Shown in pieces: positions 47,366-61,200 of a DNA stretch of 64,000 bases; the first letter of the stretch is position 1, and every line of letters starts with the position of its first letter. The DNA comes from Lama guanicoe. Taxonomy: Eukaryota. A model generated the notes under the pieces. The model made no database searches and was not told the DNA's origin. It was given only the letters and a program-made list of their open reading frames with translations. The position numbers were made by a program, and so were the translations under genes. The DNA lies in assembly GCA_013239625.1 (NCBI GenBank), contig MU053881.1:5913957-5977956 (forward strand), written 5' to 3'.

Positions 47366-48974
47366 GTTGTGTAACCATTAGCCTGCCCTACCATGCACAA
47401 TGGGGAGTCCTCAAACAAAATTAGGTTGAATCCTGGTTTTTTTTTTCCCCTTTGTCTTACAAGAGTGGTTTTCTGATGGTTATGCATTTTTCTATCCGAT
47501 ATAAATAGTCTTTTGATTTTTCTCCTCCTGCCCTCTCCAAATATCAGTCAATACTGGAGAGAAAATAACTCTGTCTGGTTCATGGTGACAAGGTCAGGCC
47601 TCCTTTGGAGAACACTCCATCCCAGGCTGAGAAATCACAGCATTTATTTTAAGCCGAAACATTCTTATATTTAAAGCTTGTCATCAGGCTGAAGTTTGTT
47701 TATTGCATTCCATAATTATGATGAATATATTTTAAATAGAAAAAGATTTGAAATGTGGGACAGCTGCAAAAAATATGGTGTCAATCACTGAGAATCAACC
47801 CACATCTGGAGTTAGAACTTGGGTGGGAATGGCTTGTTTTGCATTTTTATGACCAGATGCATCCAGATTAGATGTACCTTATAAACTTCACCCAGACAAC
47901 TGTCAGGGCCAATCAGCCTTAATTGAATGCGACATTTTCTCCACCAGTGTGCCCTGAGCCCAGGCCAAGAATCCCCCCTGTATCATGGGCCCTGTGTGAG
48001 CTCTGCAAGCGGTGCACACAGGATCTGTCAAACACAGGCCAAATTAAATACTGGACTTTGTTCCACAATGACTTCCAATTAGAGCGAGTGAAGTCTGGAG
48101 GGCTTTGAAGGCCTCCCCCACCCTGGCCCTGTCACTTGGAGACACAATCAGTGGAAAGAGGGGAGCCAGGGTCTGCCGATGCTAGTCTACAGCAATGCGC
48201 CCACTCCCCGCCCCCCACGCCCTGGGCACTGAGCACGTGCTCTTTGCTAGGATCACAGTCTGTCTTAGTGCCCTCAGCAGCCCAGTGGGATGGGTATGAC
48301 TTCCCACTTGACAGGCCAGAAAACTGAGGGTCAGTAGGATGCAAGGAGGGTCTGGCCCATATTTGCAGGCTTAGACGAGCTTGAATATTCTCATCTGCTG
48401 ACTTGGTTTGACTCCAGGTGGTTCTCAAACTCCCCTGAGGACCTTCAGATGCATGGGAGGGCGTTTTTAGTTGTTGCAATGACTAGCATTGGTGCCAGGG
48501 GCCCAGGAGTGCTAAACCTCCTGCAGGGGGAGAAACAGAGCTGGGACTTGAGGGGCTGTCCCCTCAAGGTGCCAACGGCTCTTGATCTGATCCCACACAA
48601 GCAGCACCCAAAATTGGAAAGTTTATGATTTGCTGTGTAAATCAGTAGGCTTAGAGAATATTTTCTTATTCTAGACTTTCAAGACATTGCATGTTGATGT
48701 ACACCTCAGGCACAAATGCCAAAGATATCGATAGAGCAGGGAGAGAGACCAGAAGGGGGGAGGGAAGGAGGATTCTGTCTGTTCTTAGGAAATATCCAAG
48801 AAATATTGGCCCTCGTAATTATGATCAAGCTCATCATTATGGCCTCTAAGGTGTGCAGATTGAGGTGGGATTCTACTACAGGTATGTGTGAACAATAAAA
48901 TCTTCATAATCTGTATTTCTACTTCCCAAGCTACCACGAAGGCAGCCTCATAAAAGAGTAATTCATCATAATAA

Positions 48975-49185
48975 GAGTAATAATTATGTCTGGTGTCCTG
49001 TCTCCTGTGCCACAAGATTAACATACTGATGATCATCTCACATCCCTGCAGCAATCCCGTGATGTAAGGGATTGTGTTACTCTGACCCTTTTAGAGACAA
49101 GGAAACGGAGGTTCAGAGAGGTTAAGTGACAGCCCAAAGTCACACAGCTAGCAGGAGGCAGGGCCAAATTTTGCGTCTGACTCCA
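48975..49185 (-). mobile_element. MIR SINE
   Basis: 'ggaaacggaggttcagagaggttaagtgacagcccaaagtcacacagctag'. Confidence 0.8.
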
Positions 49186-49829
49186 TAAACTGGACTCACT
49201 TTCTAAACCCCAAAGTCCAAGAAAATCATGACTAGTTTTGGTGACAAAATGTAAACCAAAGGTGTTGGTTTTTCCTAAAAGTGCCTTTTGAACTGGTTTG
49301 AACCAGAATCCAAAATGAACGTTTACTTAACTATTAAACCAGAGAAGGACTGGAACATCAAAATCTTGGCAAGAACGAGCAGAAATGCAAGTCTCTCTCC
49401 ACCAGCGCGCCTGGTTTTAACAAGTAACATCATTTGTATCTAGTTCTGGGTAACAAAGAGATTTCCACAAGTCAGAGGCCTGGGATTAAAGGCGGTTGCT
49501 GATCTGGTTACAACAAATTCTATTAAGTAAAAAATTCTGACAGAGGTTTTCATCAGTCCCCCTCCCTGCTGGAGACACTCTCCTGAAAGAGAACACTGAC
49601 TTGGAATTTCTCTTTGGTGAAACAGAAATGAAGTTAGAGAACTGTTTACAAAAAGCTTTCTCCGCACAGAGGTTGTAAACTCAGCTGCCCACAGGGGCCG
49701 GTCAGGTGAGAGGGATGAATGAGGTGGGGAGCCCGCAGGTTGAAGCGGGAGGGGTGGGGGCTGCGGGGAACGGAGTTGCCCAGGCCCAGCCAGCTGCGAG
49801 GCAGCACTGGCCAATTATTTCATGGTGAC

Positions 49830-50005
49830 ATTCAGCTGGCAGGTTTTTTTTTTGACTTCTCGAGAGCACATGGGATTTTTGTGTAGTCTCCTGGTACTTG
49901 AAGGTTGGTAACAAATCTAAATTTTTTAAAAGAAATTATGTGGGACAAACCAAAAAATGTCTGTGTCCTGAAGTGGCCTGTGAGCTGTACAGTCTCTGAT
50001 GCCTC
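49830..50005 (-). mobile_element. MER102-like fragment
   Basis: 'ggatttttgtgtagtctcctgg...gttggtaacaaatc...tgtgggacaaaccaaaaaatgtctgtg'. Confidence 0.55.
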
Positions 50006-50264
50006 CCACCATCCTTGACCCTCATAATGGCCCTGGATGGTGGGCACCCAGGTGATCCTTCTTTTATAGTGGAAGAAAGAGGTTCAGAGAGGGCAAGCAT
50101 CGTGTCCAAAGTCACACAGCGGGCCCTCCAGTGTAACGCTGAGGCCTAACATTGAGAGCAAAGATCTGACTTCAGAATAGCTGAAGCCTCTGACAAATGC
50201 AGCAGACGCCTGTGCTGGGATTTGTCCTTCAAAGAGCAATCCTCTCCCTACTTCTCTGTAGGTC

Positions 50265-50455
50265 TCAAATCTCCTGCCTTTCTCTTACAAGGACACCTGG
50301 ATAATCCAGGAAGAACTCATCTTGAGATCTTTCATTTAATTACGTCTGCAAAGATCATTTTCCCAATTAGGATCACATTCACTGATTCCCAGGGGTAAAC
50401 CACAGGCCTAGCGTGTCCTTTTTTATGAGGGGGGGAGGCCATTCAACTCATTACA
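50265..50455 (-). mobile_element. MLT1-type LTR fragment
   Basis: 'ctcttacaaggacacctggataatccagg...ttaattacgtctgcaaaga'. Confidence 0.72.
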
Positions 50456-51794
50456 TATCCCTTCTCCATTTATCTGCTTCTTAAATTTGAATTTGTATTT
50501 AAGATCAGGAACCCGGTCCTCCTCAGAGGGGCGGCACCCAATGCCAAGTAGCCGTCCAGGAAGGTGGTGTCTCCAGGAGACGGGAACCACTGGCCAGGAT
50601 GACTAGTTTACGCCCTTCTGTACCACTGATTGTCTTAAATGAATCAGAGTGTGAAATGATGGTGTCTTCTGTGCATTTCCCTAGAAAAACATCCTCCCGG
50701 ACACGCAGGGAGAAAAGCCATGACTCTATGGCTCTGGTAAGATTGACCGGTGGGGGGTTGCCTGCAAGGAACACAGCCCTGTCCAAATTAGAGTAGGTAC
50801 CAGAGGAAGCCAAGCCACTCGCTCTCGTCTAATGGTAGCCAATGTCACCAGCCCAAAGAACAGTATCTGAAGAGCTTACAAGTTTTATCTTTAAAAATTG
50901 CGCTGTATGATATGGGTCTGCTGAGAGAGCTCTCCGCTAGGCTCTGTCCTGTGGAAACAACAGAACAGCCACGCTTTTTACAGATGGTTAAAAACTGCTA
51001 ATCTTTTCCTTTCCTTCTTCTTGCTGCTCCTACTAACTGAAGGAGCCAAACAGGCAATAGAAAAGGGTGTATTTCAGATAACCCACCACCTAAAAAAAAA
51101 AAAAAGCTCTAAAATAATAGGAGATTTTTAAATAGGTGGAGAGCACACAGGGAAGCTAGCATTCTGGGAGATGGACTTGAGGAATTTTGGCTCTGAAAGG
51201 GGAGGAACTGCAGTGGAAGTAGGGGGTGAGGTGTGCTTGCTGGCACCTGCTAAATCTGCGGTGGGGGCAGAGCAAGGGTGGGACAGAGCCAGGTAAACTC
51301 AGAAGTGGGCACCACTACTGCCTGCAAAGTGCTTTCACAGCATTCCCTCATTTCAGCCTAATGCAGACCCTGTGGGAGCAGCTTGGGTTGATGGGGAAAG
51401 CCATGGAGTTGAAGTTCCACCTACTTAGCTGTGTGACCTTGGGCAAATGAGTGGCCCTCTCTGAGCCTCAGTGTCCTCAACTACGAAAAGGGGATGATAG
51501 ATGTGCTGTACCTTCACTCATGATTTTACTTCTTAAACTAGGAAGCAGACTGTCACTTTGTGGAAGGGTATTTCAGTTTATAAACAGAATTGACACAGAA
51601 CCCATGAACTTGACCTTCCATTTGTAACACCTGCAGTTTCTCAAGCATGTAGTCATTGCAGGGACACACATGAGAAGACCTCCCACACCTGGAGGGGGCT
51701 CATCTGTATCTAATCCCCAAGCTTCGGTCTGCTCATCCGCAAAGCAGGGATGTCAGTAACAATTGCTAGCTTTCTGAATTGTATTAAGATTAAC

Positions 51795-52330
51795 TGAGCA
51801 GTTTAAGATGCTTTCGTTAGCAGTACAAGTAACAAAACCCCCAACTCAAGTTGAAGAGTGGCTTTAATTTTCCTTAAAATTTATGATCTCATGTAAGAGG
51901 AAGTCCAGAGGTGCAGTGGTTTCCAGGTGAGCTGGATCAATGGTTCAATGTTGTCGTCAGAAGCCCAGGTTCTCCCAAAGTCTCTGCTCGGCCGTCTGTA
52001 CTGATGGCTCCACCCTTCACCCCCAGGATGAAAACAAGTTGCCGCCAGGTGTCCCTAACATCACGTCCAAACATAGACATTTCCATCAGAGGACACGTGC
52101 CCCTCCCGCAGCTCAGTTTTCAGGAGGGAGGAGATCATGGCTCACAGCAGCCTGCCCTCACATCTACCTGGCCGGAGTTCAGTTATCTGACCAGTCTGAC
52201 CCACTTGTCATCAAGGTCCATGGGGCTAGCCTGGAACTGGGGGGTCAACCGCCTTGAGAAACCTCCTCGAGGGTTCTCCAGGAGGGGAAATAACTCATCC
52301 AAAATAGGGTTTTCTTGAAAGGAAGAAGGC
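51795..52330 (-). mobile_element. Old MaLR LTR (MLT1K/L-like)
   Basis: 'caagtaacaaaacccccaactcaa', 'gaagtccagaggtgcagtggtttccagg', 'aaaatagggttttcttgaaaggaagaagg'. Confidence 0.65.
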
Positions 52331-52334
52331 TACC

Positions 52335-52700
52335 TCTGTTGGGTTCACCTAGAAGCAGAATTTGAACTGCTAAGGAAACACCAGCAGGAGGTTGAGGAAA
52401 TGGGGCAGAGACAGAAGACAGCCAATGAGGTGCTATATCAGACCAGTAGCCACTGTGGGTAACCGGGGTTTAATCCACTGAGAAACCCGAGGGACAATGT
52501 GGAACGCATCTTAGGGGCACCCTGATGGAAGGTGGAGGGAACTAAGATATTTCTCCACCAGCAGCCCCCTCCTCAGTGATTCAGGGCTACCTCCTGTACC
52601 ATGAACTCAGCAGTCTGGCTGGCCCTGAGTTCAGGCCTGGCAAGTAGCAATAGGCTGGGCAAAAACCTTCAGGCAGAGGGTTGCAGGTGTTTGCAGGTGG
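52335..52700 (-). mobile_element. ERVL LTR (LTR33/LTR40-like)
   Basis: 'ttgggttcacctagaagcaga', 'cagccaatgagg', 'ccactgtgggtaaccgggg'. Confidence 0.55.
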
Positions 52701-53719
52701 AGGTGAGCCCAGAGGGGCTACAGGAGGGGCCTTGACGGCATCTGAAACAGAGCGATGAAGCCTGCGTCTGCAGCCGGCAGCGAGAGCCCTTTTCAGATTG
52801 AGAAGAGTTGACCTTCTTAGCATGACCAAGACTAGGCAGCTCTTCTTGACACGAGCCACAAGATGTCCAGTGATACACTCGCCACTCAGGTAAAGGCCAA
52901 AGGACTTATCTCAGCAAGTGCAGTCTTTCCAGATTTATTCTTTCATCTCTCTTAGGAGTGCCCTGAAATCCTTGGGCTTCTAAGGCAAAGAACCAGCAGC
53001 TACTACTTTCAGCATCTACAAAGGTCCAGGAACTGTGCTCTACATGTGTCTTATTTAATGCTCACAACGACTCTGTGAGGAGGGTATTGTTATCAGCCCC
53101 ACTTTACAGATGGGAAATGAGGAACAAGGCAGGGAATTTCTTATAGTCACAGAATGGTGGCTGAAATGACCTCAAACCCATGCCTTGGGCTGCTATTCCA
53201 ACTCAGGGGACCCATGGGCTTGTAAAAAGTGGTAAGTAGGATGTACTGTTCTACCCAAATGTTCTTTTTAGCAACAGAGAGGGAGAAAAGAGGACCCACT
53301 GAGTGCCAGAGCACCATGCGTGGCTCCTTCTGGGTTGCATGCTGCTGTATTGCCAGAGCCTAGAACAGTGCCTGGCACACAGTGGGTTTACTAAAAGCTG
53401 ACTGAATAAAGGAATGTCTCCATAAATGTTGTGGGTGATTTCCCCATTTTGTGGATCAGGAAACCAAAATGGATAAAAGTTCAAGGTTCAAATACAAGAA
53501 AATTCTGAAGGAGCTGTGATTCAATCCAAGGTCTCTCTGATCCCAAGTTTTTTCCCACCACACCGTGGGGTCTGTGGTTGGGCACTGGCTGCTAAGACCA
53601 GGACCACAGGGCCTGGCTGACTTTCCTGTAGTGGCTGAGAACTGAGCCCCCAGCCCTGGCCACTCCACTGTCACCGCCCACTGCTGGTCATAAAAGGCTG
53701 TTGGGAGAGAGAGTTTGGA

Positions 53720-54073
53720 TCCACAGTGACCAATAGCATGAGCCACAAATGCAAGCCACACAGGTAACTGAAAGTTTTCTGGTAGCCACATTAAAAAGAT
53801 AAAGAGAAACAGGTAAAATTATTTTTATTAATACATTTTACTTAACCAAATATACATCCAGATATTACAATTTCAGTGTGTAATTAATATAAAACATCAC
53901 TTGAGATTCTTTCTCTCTCTCTCTCTCTGTCTCTCTCTTTTTTTCTCTTCTTGGAACTGGGGATTTGAAATCCAGTGTGTATTTTATACTTATAGCCTAT
54001 CTCATTGGAGTAGCCATATTCCGAGTGCTTAAGAACCACACGTGGCTAGTGGCTGCCGTATTGGACTTGGCAA
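53720..54073. mobile_element. MER33-like hAT-Charlie element with internal (CT)n
   Basis: 'ttttctggtagccacattaaaaagataaagagaaacaggtaaaatta', 'ccacacgtggctagtggctgccgtattggac'. Confidence 0.85.
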
Positions 54074-54423
54074 TTTTGGATGATTCAGAGAAAACGTTTG
54101 CCCTTCTTACTCTCCTCTCCCTTACCACCTGTACACACACATGCAGGATCCACACACATGAAAAACTCAAGGCAACTCCAAATATGTGTTTTACATTAGT
54201 GAGAACCAGGTTTTACTGAACCAAGGAAACAGGAATCCTTAAAAGCTAATGATAAACATGAGTAATGATGAATATGGGTAATTAGCTTAAAAGCTAATGA
54301 TGAAATATATAGGCGTACCAGTTGTGGTGCATACCCTTTGACTCACCAATTTGAATTCTAGGATTTGAGAATAGCTGAGAAAGTATGCAAAGATTTATAT
54401 ATAAGGATATTTATCAGACAGTT

Positions 54424-54881
54424 TGCATTAGCCTCCTCTTGCTGCTGTAACAAGTTATCACAAACTCAGTGGCTTAAAACATCACAAGTGCATTATCTTT
54501 TAGTTCTGGAGATCAGAAACCAAAACGGATCTCCCTGGGCTAAAAGCAAGGTGTCAGCAAGCTGCATTCCTCTGGAGGCTCTGAGAACCAGTGGCCTTGC
54601 CTCCTCCAGCTTCTGGAGACCCCCCCCTTCTAGCCAGTGGTGTCATCAGTCCAGCCACTGCTTCCACATTCACATCTGCTCCAGCTCGCCTGGCCCACTC
54701 TTCCCACATAAAGACCCTTGGGATTAAACTAGGCCCACCTGGATCATGCCAGGTACTCTCCCTATCTCAAAATCTTTAACTTCATCACATCTGCAAAGTC
54801 CCCTTTACCGGGTAAGGTCACACAGTCCCAGGTTCTGGGAGTTTGGGTATGGACATGTTTGGAAGGGTTCTGTCTAGCACA
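54424..54881 (-). mobile_element. MLT1C/D-like MaLR LTR
   Basis: TG...CA ends; 'gctgctgtaacaagttatcacaaactcagtggcttaaaac', 'aacttcatcacatctgcaaagtccc'. Confidence 0.85.
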
Positions 54882-54916
54882 GGGATGTTTTTAAAAGAAA
54901 AAGAACCAGAAATAAT

Positions 54917-56112
54917 CTTGATGAAGAATTCTTAGACATGACACCAGAAGCTTGTTCTAGAAAAGAAAAAAAGTCAGTAAATCGGACCTCATCAAAAGTA
55001 AAAACTTCTGATCCTCTAAAGAGGAAGATAAGACAAGTTACAGACTGGCGGAGACATTTGCAAACCACGTACCTGACAAGGACTCATATCTAGCATATAT
55101 ATATTCTAGCATATCTTACATATATTTTATAGGTACGTGTGTGTACATGTATGTATGCACAGATCCAAAATCCAATAGTCAGATCACAAACAATTTTACA
55201 AGAAAATAGTCAAAAGACATAAGAGACATTTCACCAAAGAGGACATATGGAAGGCAAATAAGAGCATGAAAGGATGTGCTGCATCGTGAGGCATCAGGGA
55301 AATAAAAATTAAGACCGGGAGACACCACTCTACACCTATTAGAACAGGTAAAATTTAAAACGGTGACAATATCAAACGCTGGTGAGGTTTCGGAGAAGCT
55401 GGATCTCGCTTTCACATGTTGCTGGTGGAAACGTAAAATGGTACAGGCACTCTGGAAAACAGGCTAGCCGTCTCTTAAAAAATTCAGCATGCACTTACCA
55501 AATAACCCAGCGATCGTACCCTGAACACTTCTCCCAGGGAAATGAAACTGTGTCCACACAAAAACCCCTACAAGAATATTCATAGAAGTTGTATTTGTAA
55601 TAGCTAAAAAAGTAGGAACAACAAAAATGCTCTCAAATAGATGAATGGTGAGTAGGTGTGGTTCACTCATGCCATGGAATACAGCTCAGCTCTAAGGAGG
55701 AAAAATTCATGCACGCAATAATGTGAATGGATCTCAAGGGCATTAGGCTGAATGGAAAAAAATATATATATAATATATATAACATTCTCAAAATGGCAGG
55801 AGTATAGAGATGGAGAACAGATTAGTGGTTGCCAGGGGTTAGGGAGTGGGGAGATGAGAGGGGTGGGTGTGACGATGAATGGATAGCATGATGGAAGAGC
55901 TCTGTATTTTGGCTGTGGTGGTGGTTACACGGATCCGCTCATGTGATGAAATGACATGGAGCTAGCTATACACAGATTGTGCCAGTCTCAATATCCCTGA
56001 CTTTGATATCATACTTTTGTTATTTAACCATTGGGGAAATTGGGTGATGGGTACACAGAAACTGTTTGTACTCTTTTCAACTTCCTGTGAACCTAGAATT
56101 GTTTCAGAATAA

Positions 56113-56144
<32 letters not shown>
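54917..56144 (+). mobile_element. L1MC/L1MD-type LINE-1 3' part with A29 tail
   Basis: ORF2-end remnants ('agacatttcaccaaagaggacatatgg', 'gttgctggtggaaacgtaaaatggtacag'); AATAAA at 56108-56113; A run 56116-56144. Confidence 0.88.
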
Positions 56145-57119
56145 GCAGAAATCACCAAAATATACAAGAGGGGATTGGTTAAATGAACTGTGCTCTATCC
56201 GTGCAATAAAACGATACGGAACCATTTACAACAAGCAAGTAAAACCACACAGGCAGACAAAGAAAGTCAGAATACAAAACAGTGTATCCTGTATGATTCC
56301 CTTGTAACTGGGTTGTGATGTGCACGGATGAACTGAAATCTGAAAAGACACACCAAATGATTCTGTTTTTCTGGGTGACTTCTGTCCTTTGACCTTCTCA
56401 GAACTGCCCAATTTCTTATAATATACATGTGTTACTTTGATAATCATGCAGAAAAATGCTATTTCCATTTTGGGGGAAAAAAAAAAGAATTTTAAGAAGG
56501 CAGCCAAAGGGCGGCAGACTGTGTTGCCATCCCGTCTTTCTGCCCCAAATGCAGCTCCGTGAGCGCCTGCAGAGGGAGGCTTGTGGAGAAATTCCTCCTC
56601 CTGGGGAGAGGGGACCATGAAATATGTGCTTTGCTTTCTGGCAGGAGCCAAATGAAAGGAGATGGAGTGAGTCAGACCAAAGACCGCAGCAAGTCGGGAA
56701 TAAAACAGCACCTGGTAGAGTCACTAGGATTACATCCCTTCCAAAACATCTGTGTGGACCAGGGGGTTTGCACTCAGAGAGAAGAGAAACTGGTTGTTGA
56801 ATCTGGGTAAGGAATTAAGCTATGGGGACTCCTCTCTCCTCTCTCTCTCTCTCTCCTCTCTCTAAAATATTCTTTAACATTTTTGCTTTGTCATCATTTC
56901 TGTTAAAGAGAAGCACCTGGGTTTGCATTTGCAAACACAAGCCCTAAATTCCTTTCTGCTGGGCTTGTCTCTGTCTGGATCCAGGGAGGCCAAGCCCTGT
57001 GCAAATCACCACCAAGTTTTGGCTGGGGAAAAACCAGCAGCGATAGCTGTGAGGGTGCAGGTGGCAATTAGGACTTGCATGGATAATCCGGACACCCGAT
57101 CGATGTCAGAACTATTCCT

Positions 57120-57310
57120 TTTATTTTTAAACGTTTATTGTGCCCCAGGCAGTGTAGTCGCTGCTCTGGATAATGCCTAAAGTTGGTATTGTTCCCATTT
57201 TACAGATAAGGAAACCGAGGTCCAGTGGAGGTGACCAGCCCAAGGTCACACGGCTGGTCTGTGATGGCACTGGAGTGAGCCCCAGTCCTGTCTGGCTCCA
57301 AAGCTGTGTT
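57120..57310 (-). mobile_element. MIR SINE
   Basis: 'cccattttacagataaggaaaccgagg...cccaaggtcacacggc...tgtctggctccaaagc'. Confidence 0.8.
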
Positions 57311-59099
57311 CTTTCCACGTGGGGCCTTGCCTCTCATTTTCCTTAGTTCCCCCGGGGAGATAAATGAGGAGGGGGCAGCCTGCACGTGTCCCTGTGGCTG
57401 CCCCCTTCCCAGGGCAGGACACAGAGCTCAGGGCAGACGCCTGCAGTTGCCACCCAAATGGCCACTTCCCTGAGCCGGTCCCTGGATGCCGAGGCCCCTC
57501 TAGCCGAGAGGAAATCTCCTGTGCACAAGCTCCCCCTTATGGAAATGAGGGACATGCCGCTGAACTCCAACCTGCCGCTCCACCCAGTGGGAGACTCCTG
57601 GAAGGGCCCGCCCCACCCTGCCCTGCGCCCCGGACCCAGCTCCCAGCTCCTGCCCAGCCCGGTGCTTTGTGCTTGGAAAGTCCTCCTGCCCCAACCCTCC
57701 AAAGCACACATCTTCTTTAATGTCCCACTTGAGGACACATTCTTGGATCCACACGTTGCGGAATGTTGATAAATAAAGTAACATAAGCTGACAGAGCCCC
57801 TTAGGAGAAGTGATGGTATTTACAATGGCCTTCTCCGGGAGCCCTCCTCCTGTTTACACACCAGAAGGAAAACATCCTTTCTTTAAAAAGAAAAAACAAC
57901 ATGGATAATGTCTTATTTCCTCGGGTGGCTGAGAACTGCTTTCTAACTGCAGAGCTTGTCTCCTCTGTGAGCCTCAGTGTCCTCATCTGTAAAATGGGTG
58001 TGATGACATGGCCCTCATAGGATGGGTGTAAGGAGACCATAAAGGGCTTAGGTGGGTGCTGACTCATCCTTTAGATCCTTCTGGGGATGAAGAGAAGCAG
58101 GTTGTTCTCCCAGCTTATTTTCTTATTAATTCAATAAACAAATATTTCATGAATGCCCTCTAGGTGCCAGGCAAGCCCAGCCATGAGTAAACCAGATAGG
58201 GGCCCTCTGGTTCAACAACCAGCAGAGACCCTGGCCCTGAGGAGGAATATTTGATGGAAGCAGTGGGTCAAGGGAAGAGGAGAGGAGAAGGGGTGTTGGT
58301 GTGGTCACACTGGACCCGCAGCCCACAGGGTCAGCTGGCCTGGGACTCAAGACACCTGGTCCTAACTTGGTCCTTATTCCTCTATAACTTTGTTCTTTGT
58401 TCTTCCTTCCTTCTCTCTGAACTTTCATTTGCCCAACTGTGAAACAGGGGAGCAAAAGAGAATGCTATTATTTGACCAGCCAAGTGACTTTGGGTCATAA
58501 AAGGTGGCCCTACTCCAGACTATCCCCCAGTGCCCTCCCTGTGCCTCCCCACCCACCATAATGCCCCATGTGGTCCTCTAACCTGTCTTCCCTTCTAGAC
58601 TTAGGCCAAATTGGCCCAGTGGGGACCTGGCTCTGGAAACCAAACCTCAGTTTCCTCATCTGTAGAAGGACCTTTATGACAGTCCTCACGGCATGACTAT
58701 GAAGATGTAACTCGGGGGACTGTGAAGTGTTTGGGTGCGAGAGCGCTCTCCACAGGCAGACGGGGTGGGTGATGCCGTTATCCCGGGCACCCCTGTGGAC
58801 GTGCATCCTAGGAGAAGGCCCAAGAGATGAAGAGAAATGAGTCTCAGCTGCAGGGTTTGCCAAGAAAATATCCCTGGGTTTCCTGAAAGAGGAGGTTCCA
58901 GAGCTGAATACTTGGGCAAGCGTGAGTTTACAAGTCGCATGGCGAGGGCTGAGCGTGGGGAGAATTCACATCGAGAGAACGGCCCATGCGGAAGTTCGTG
59001 CAGTGAAATAGCTTGGAGTCGGGTTTTGCCCCTCCTGGGGGCAAGTTCTTCCCCATCCCTCCCCCTGCAAGTTCTTCAGTGTGGGAGGGCGGCCAGCGC

Positions 59100-59410
59100 G
59101 AGGGGGTGGGAAGAGGAGGCTGGTGAGGTCGGCAGGGCCTCCTGGTCAGCAGGGCTTCGAATGCCAAGATGAGGGTTTGGGATTATGTATTTCAGACCAA
59201 AGGAAGCCACATTGAGAGGACTTGGGCAGAGCGGAGAGGGGAATTGTAGCAGGAGCAATCAGGGTGGCAACAATCCAGCAGAGAGTGAGGGCTGGCTGAG
59301 GTCAAGGCCACGGGCATGTGGAGAAGGGAAAGTATTGGAGATGTTTCCGAGATGGCACCACCAGGGCTACGTGATGGATTGACTGTGGGGTGTGAGGAGC
59401 AGGGAAGATC
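59100..59410 (-). mobile_element. L2 fragment
   Basis: 'gagggtttgggattatgtatttcag...ggaagccacattgagagg', 'gtgatggattgactgtggggtgtgagg'. Confidence 0.65.
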
Positions 59411-60849
59411 TTGCCATCTAGCTGGAGCGCCCAGACAGACACCCAGGGAACAAGAGTGAAGTAGACGAGAGAGAGGATAATTAAGTGCTAAATTGTGCAG
59501 CTTAATTTATTGTTTGGACAGTTGCCTTGTACAATAAACCCCATTGCTCTAATGAGCTCATGACATCAGCCAGCCGAGAAGACAGGCCGGGCCCATCACC
59601 GGTCACAACTAGAACCATCTGTAGGCACTGCCCAGATGCCTATCTGCAAAGCTGGCCTCTGCGCTTCTGGACTCGGTTTTCCACTGAGGGGTAGCAGCAA
59701 GCCCCAGGCCAGTGCACCCCTGATGAGATCCCTTCCTAGAAGCTCCAGAATCTGAAAGGCCTGGAACTTACAGGAGTTTTGGTTCAGAAGAGAAAGGAAG
59801 CAGAGTTAGAATCTGGCCGTGAAGCAAGGGTCCTGCCTTGGAGTTTCAGGGAACTCACGTCCAGCCCCCTTCCTGCTTCTGTGACCTGGGCAGGTCCCCA
59901 GCCCTTCTCTGTGAAGTGATCTGATGCAAGGATCCAAGCAGGCACCCAGATAGTGCTCTGTGAACCGCAGTTATCATGAAAAGATGCTCCCAACTTAAAA
60001 AAAGTTTAAATGATTCATATGTGAGAACATCCACCTGCCACGTGCCACATCGCAGGGCCAGAGCTCCTGGGGGTACAGCGGCCTGGCCCTGACCAGCTAC
60101 CGTGGAGGGGAAAAACAGTGCATCCTTGACTACATCCCTGTACTTACCGAGAGAGGAGGTTATTTTGGGGAATCCGGAAAGCCTTTCTGGAGAAAGTGGT
60201 ATCTGGAGTGGGCCTCAGATGATGTCTAGACTTTCCCACCAGAGAAATAATAACCCCTTGCACCTTTCTCCTTGACAAGAGTCACTCTAAATGTCTTTGT
60301 TCGAGGTGTTTAGGAGAAATCTGGTTAGAAGGGTTGAGGGGGTGAAATGAAGCTGCATTTTTTACGGAGCGCTTTACAGAAGATTGAGACGGGTTGATTT
60401 TCCGTATCAGGGCAAGTCAAATTGACTAGACATTATGGAAGAGCGAATGCCCGCACTAGCCCAGCCCCCAGGCCACCATGCTTCACGACACCAATTGCAA
60501 TTGTCATGGAGAGATCATCTGTTTGATTTTCTGCTTAAAAATTCTCCCCACCCCCTGCCCTGCAACAGAGGACGCTGAGCTCAGGACAGGCACTCAGTAC
60601 ATTTTTGTTGAGTGGATGAATGAAGGAAGCCCAGGCACTAGTCAAAGACATTCACTTGGAAAAAGGCACCGTTTCACCTGTCTCGCCAAAGATGAGAATG
60701 TGATTGTTGGCCCCAGGGGGTAGGAAACAGCTCTCTGGGCACCTCAGGTGGTGACAGACTTACAGACTTTCCCAGCAGACAGCGTGGCCACCTAAAGTAT
60801 CCAAAATGCCTGTATTCTTCAACACAGCGATGCCACGTCTCAGAACAGA

Positions 60850-61200
60850 GCCTCAGGAGGGGCTGCACCAGCAGAGAAAGAGGTCTCACCACAAGATGTT
60901 GGAAACAATCCAGATGCTCGACAGTAGAGGACCAGTTAAAGAAACTGTGACAGTCTTTGGGAACGTTAGGTAAGCATTTAAAAGTGTGATGAGGATGGAC
61001 ATACGGAAAGATGGCCATGGCATACCAAGTGGGGCGAGGCAGCCCCCACTCCCCGGTCTGCACGTACCCCCAACTTATTCTGGGGGACAGCAGCCTTCTT
61101 TGAGCATGTTTATGTTCATTTTTTCCCACCTATATTTCAACACATGAAAAAAACCCAACACATTTGTTATGTATTGTTATAAAACCATAAAGCTGTTTCC
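60850..61200 (+). mobile_element. Degraded L1ME 3' fragment
   Basis: 'ttggaaacaatccagatgctcgacagtagaggaccagttaaagaaactgtg'. Confidence 0.55.

Noticed and set aside
54238..54301. 16-bp direct repeat cttaaaagctaatgat spaced 48 bp, superficially CRISPR-like
   Set aside because: Only two copies in mammalian DNA with no cas genes; a local duplication.
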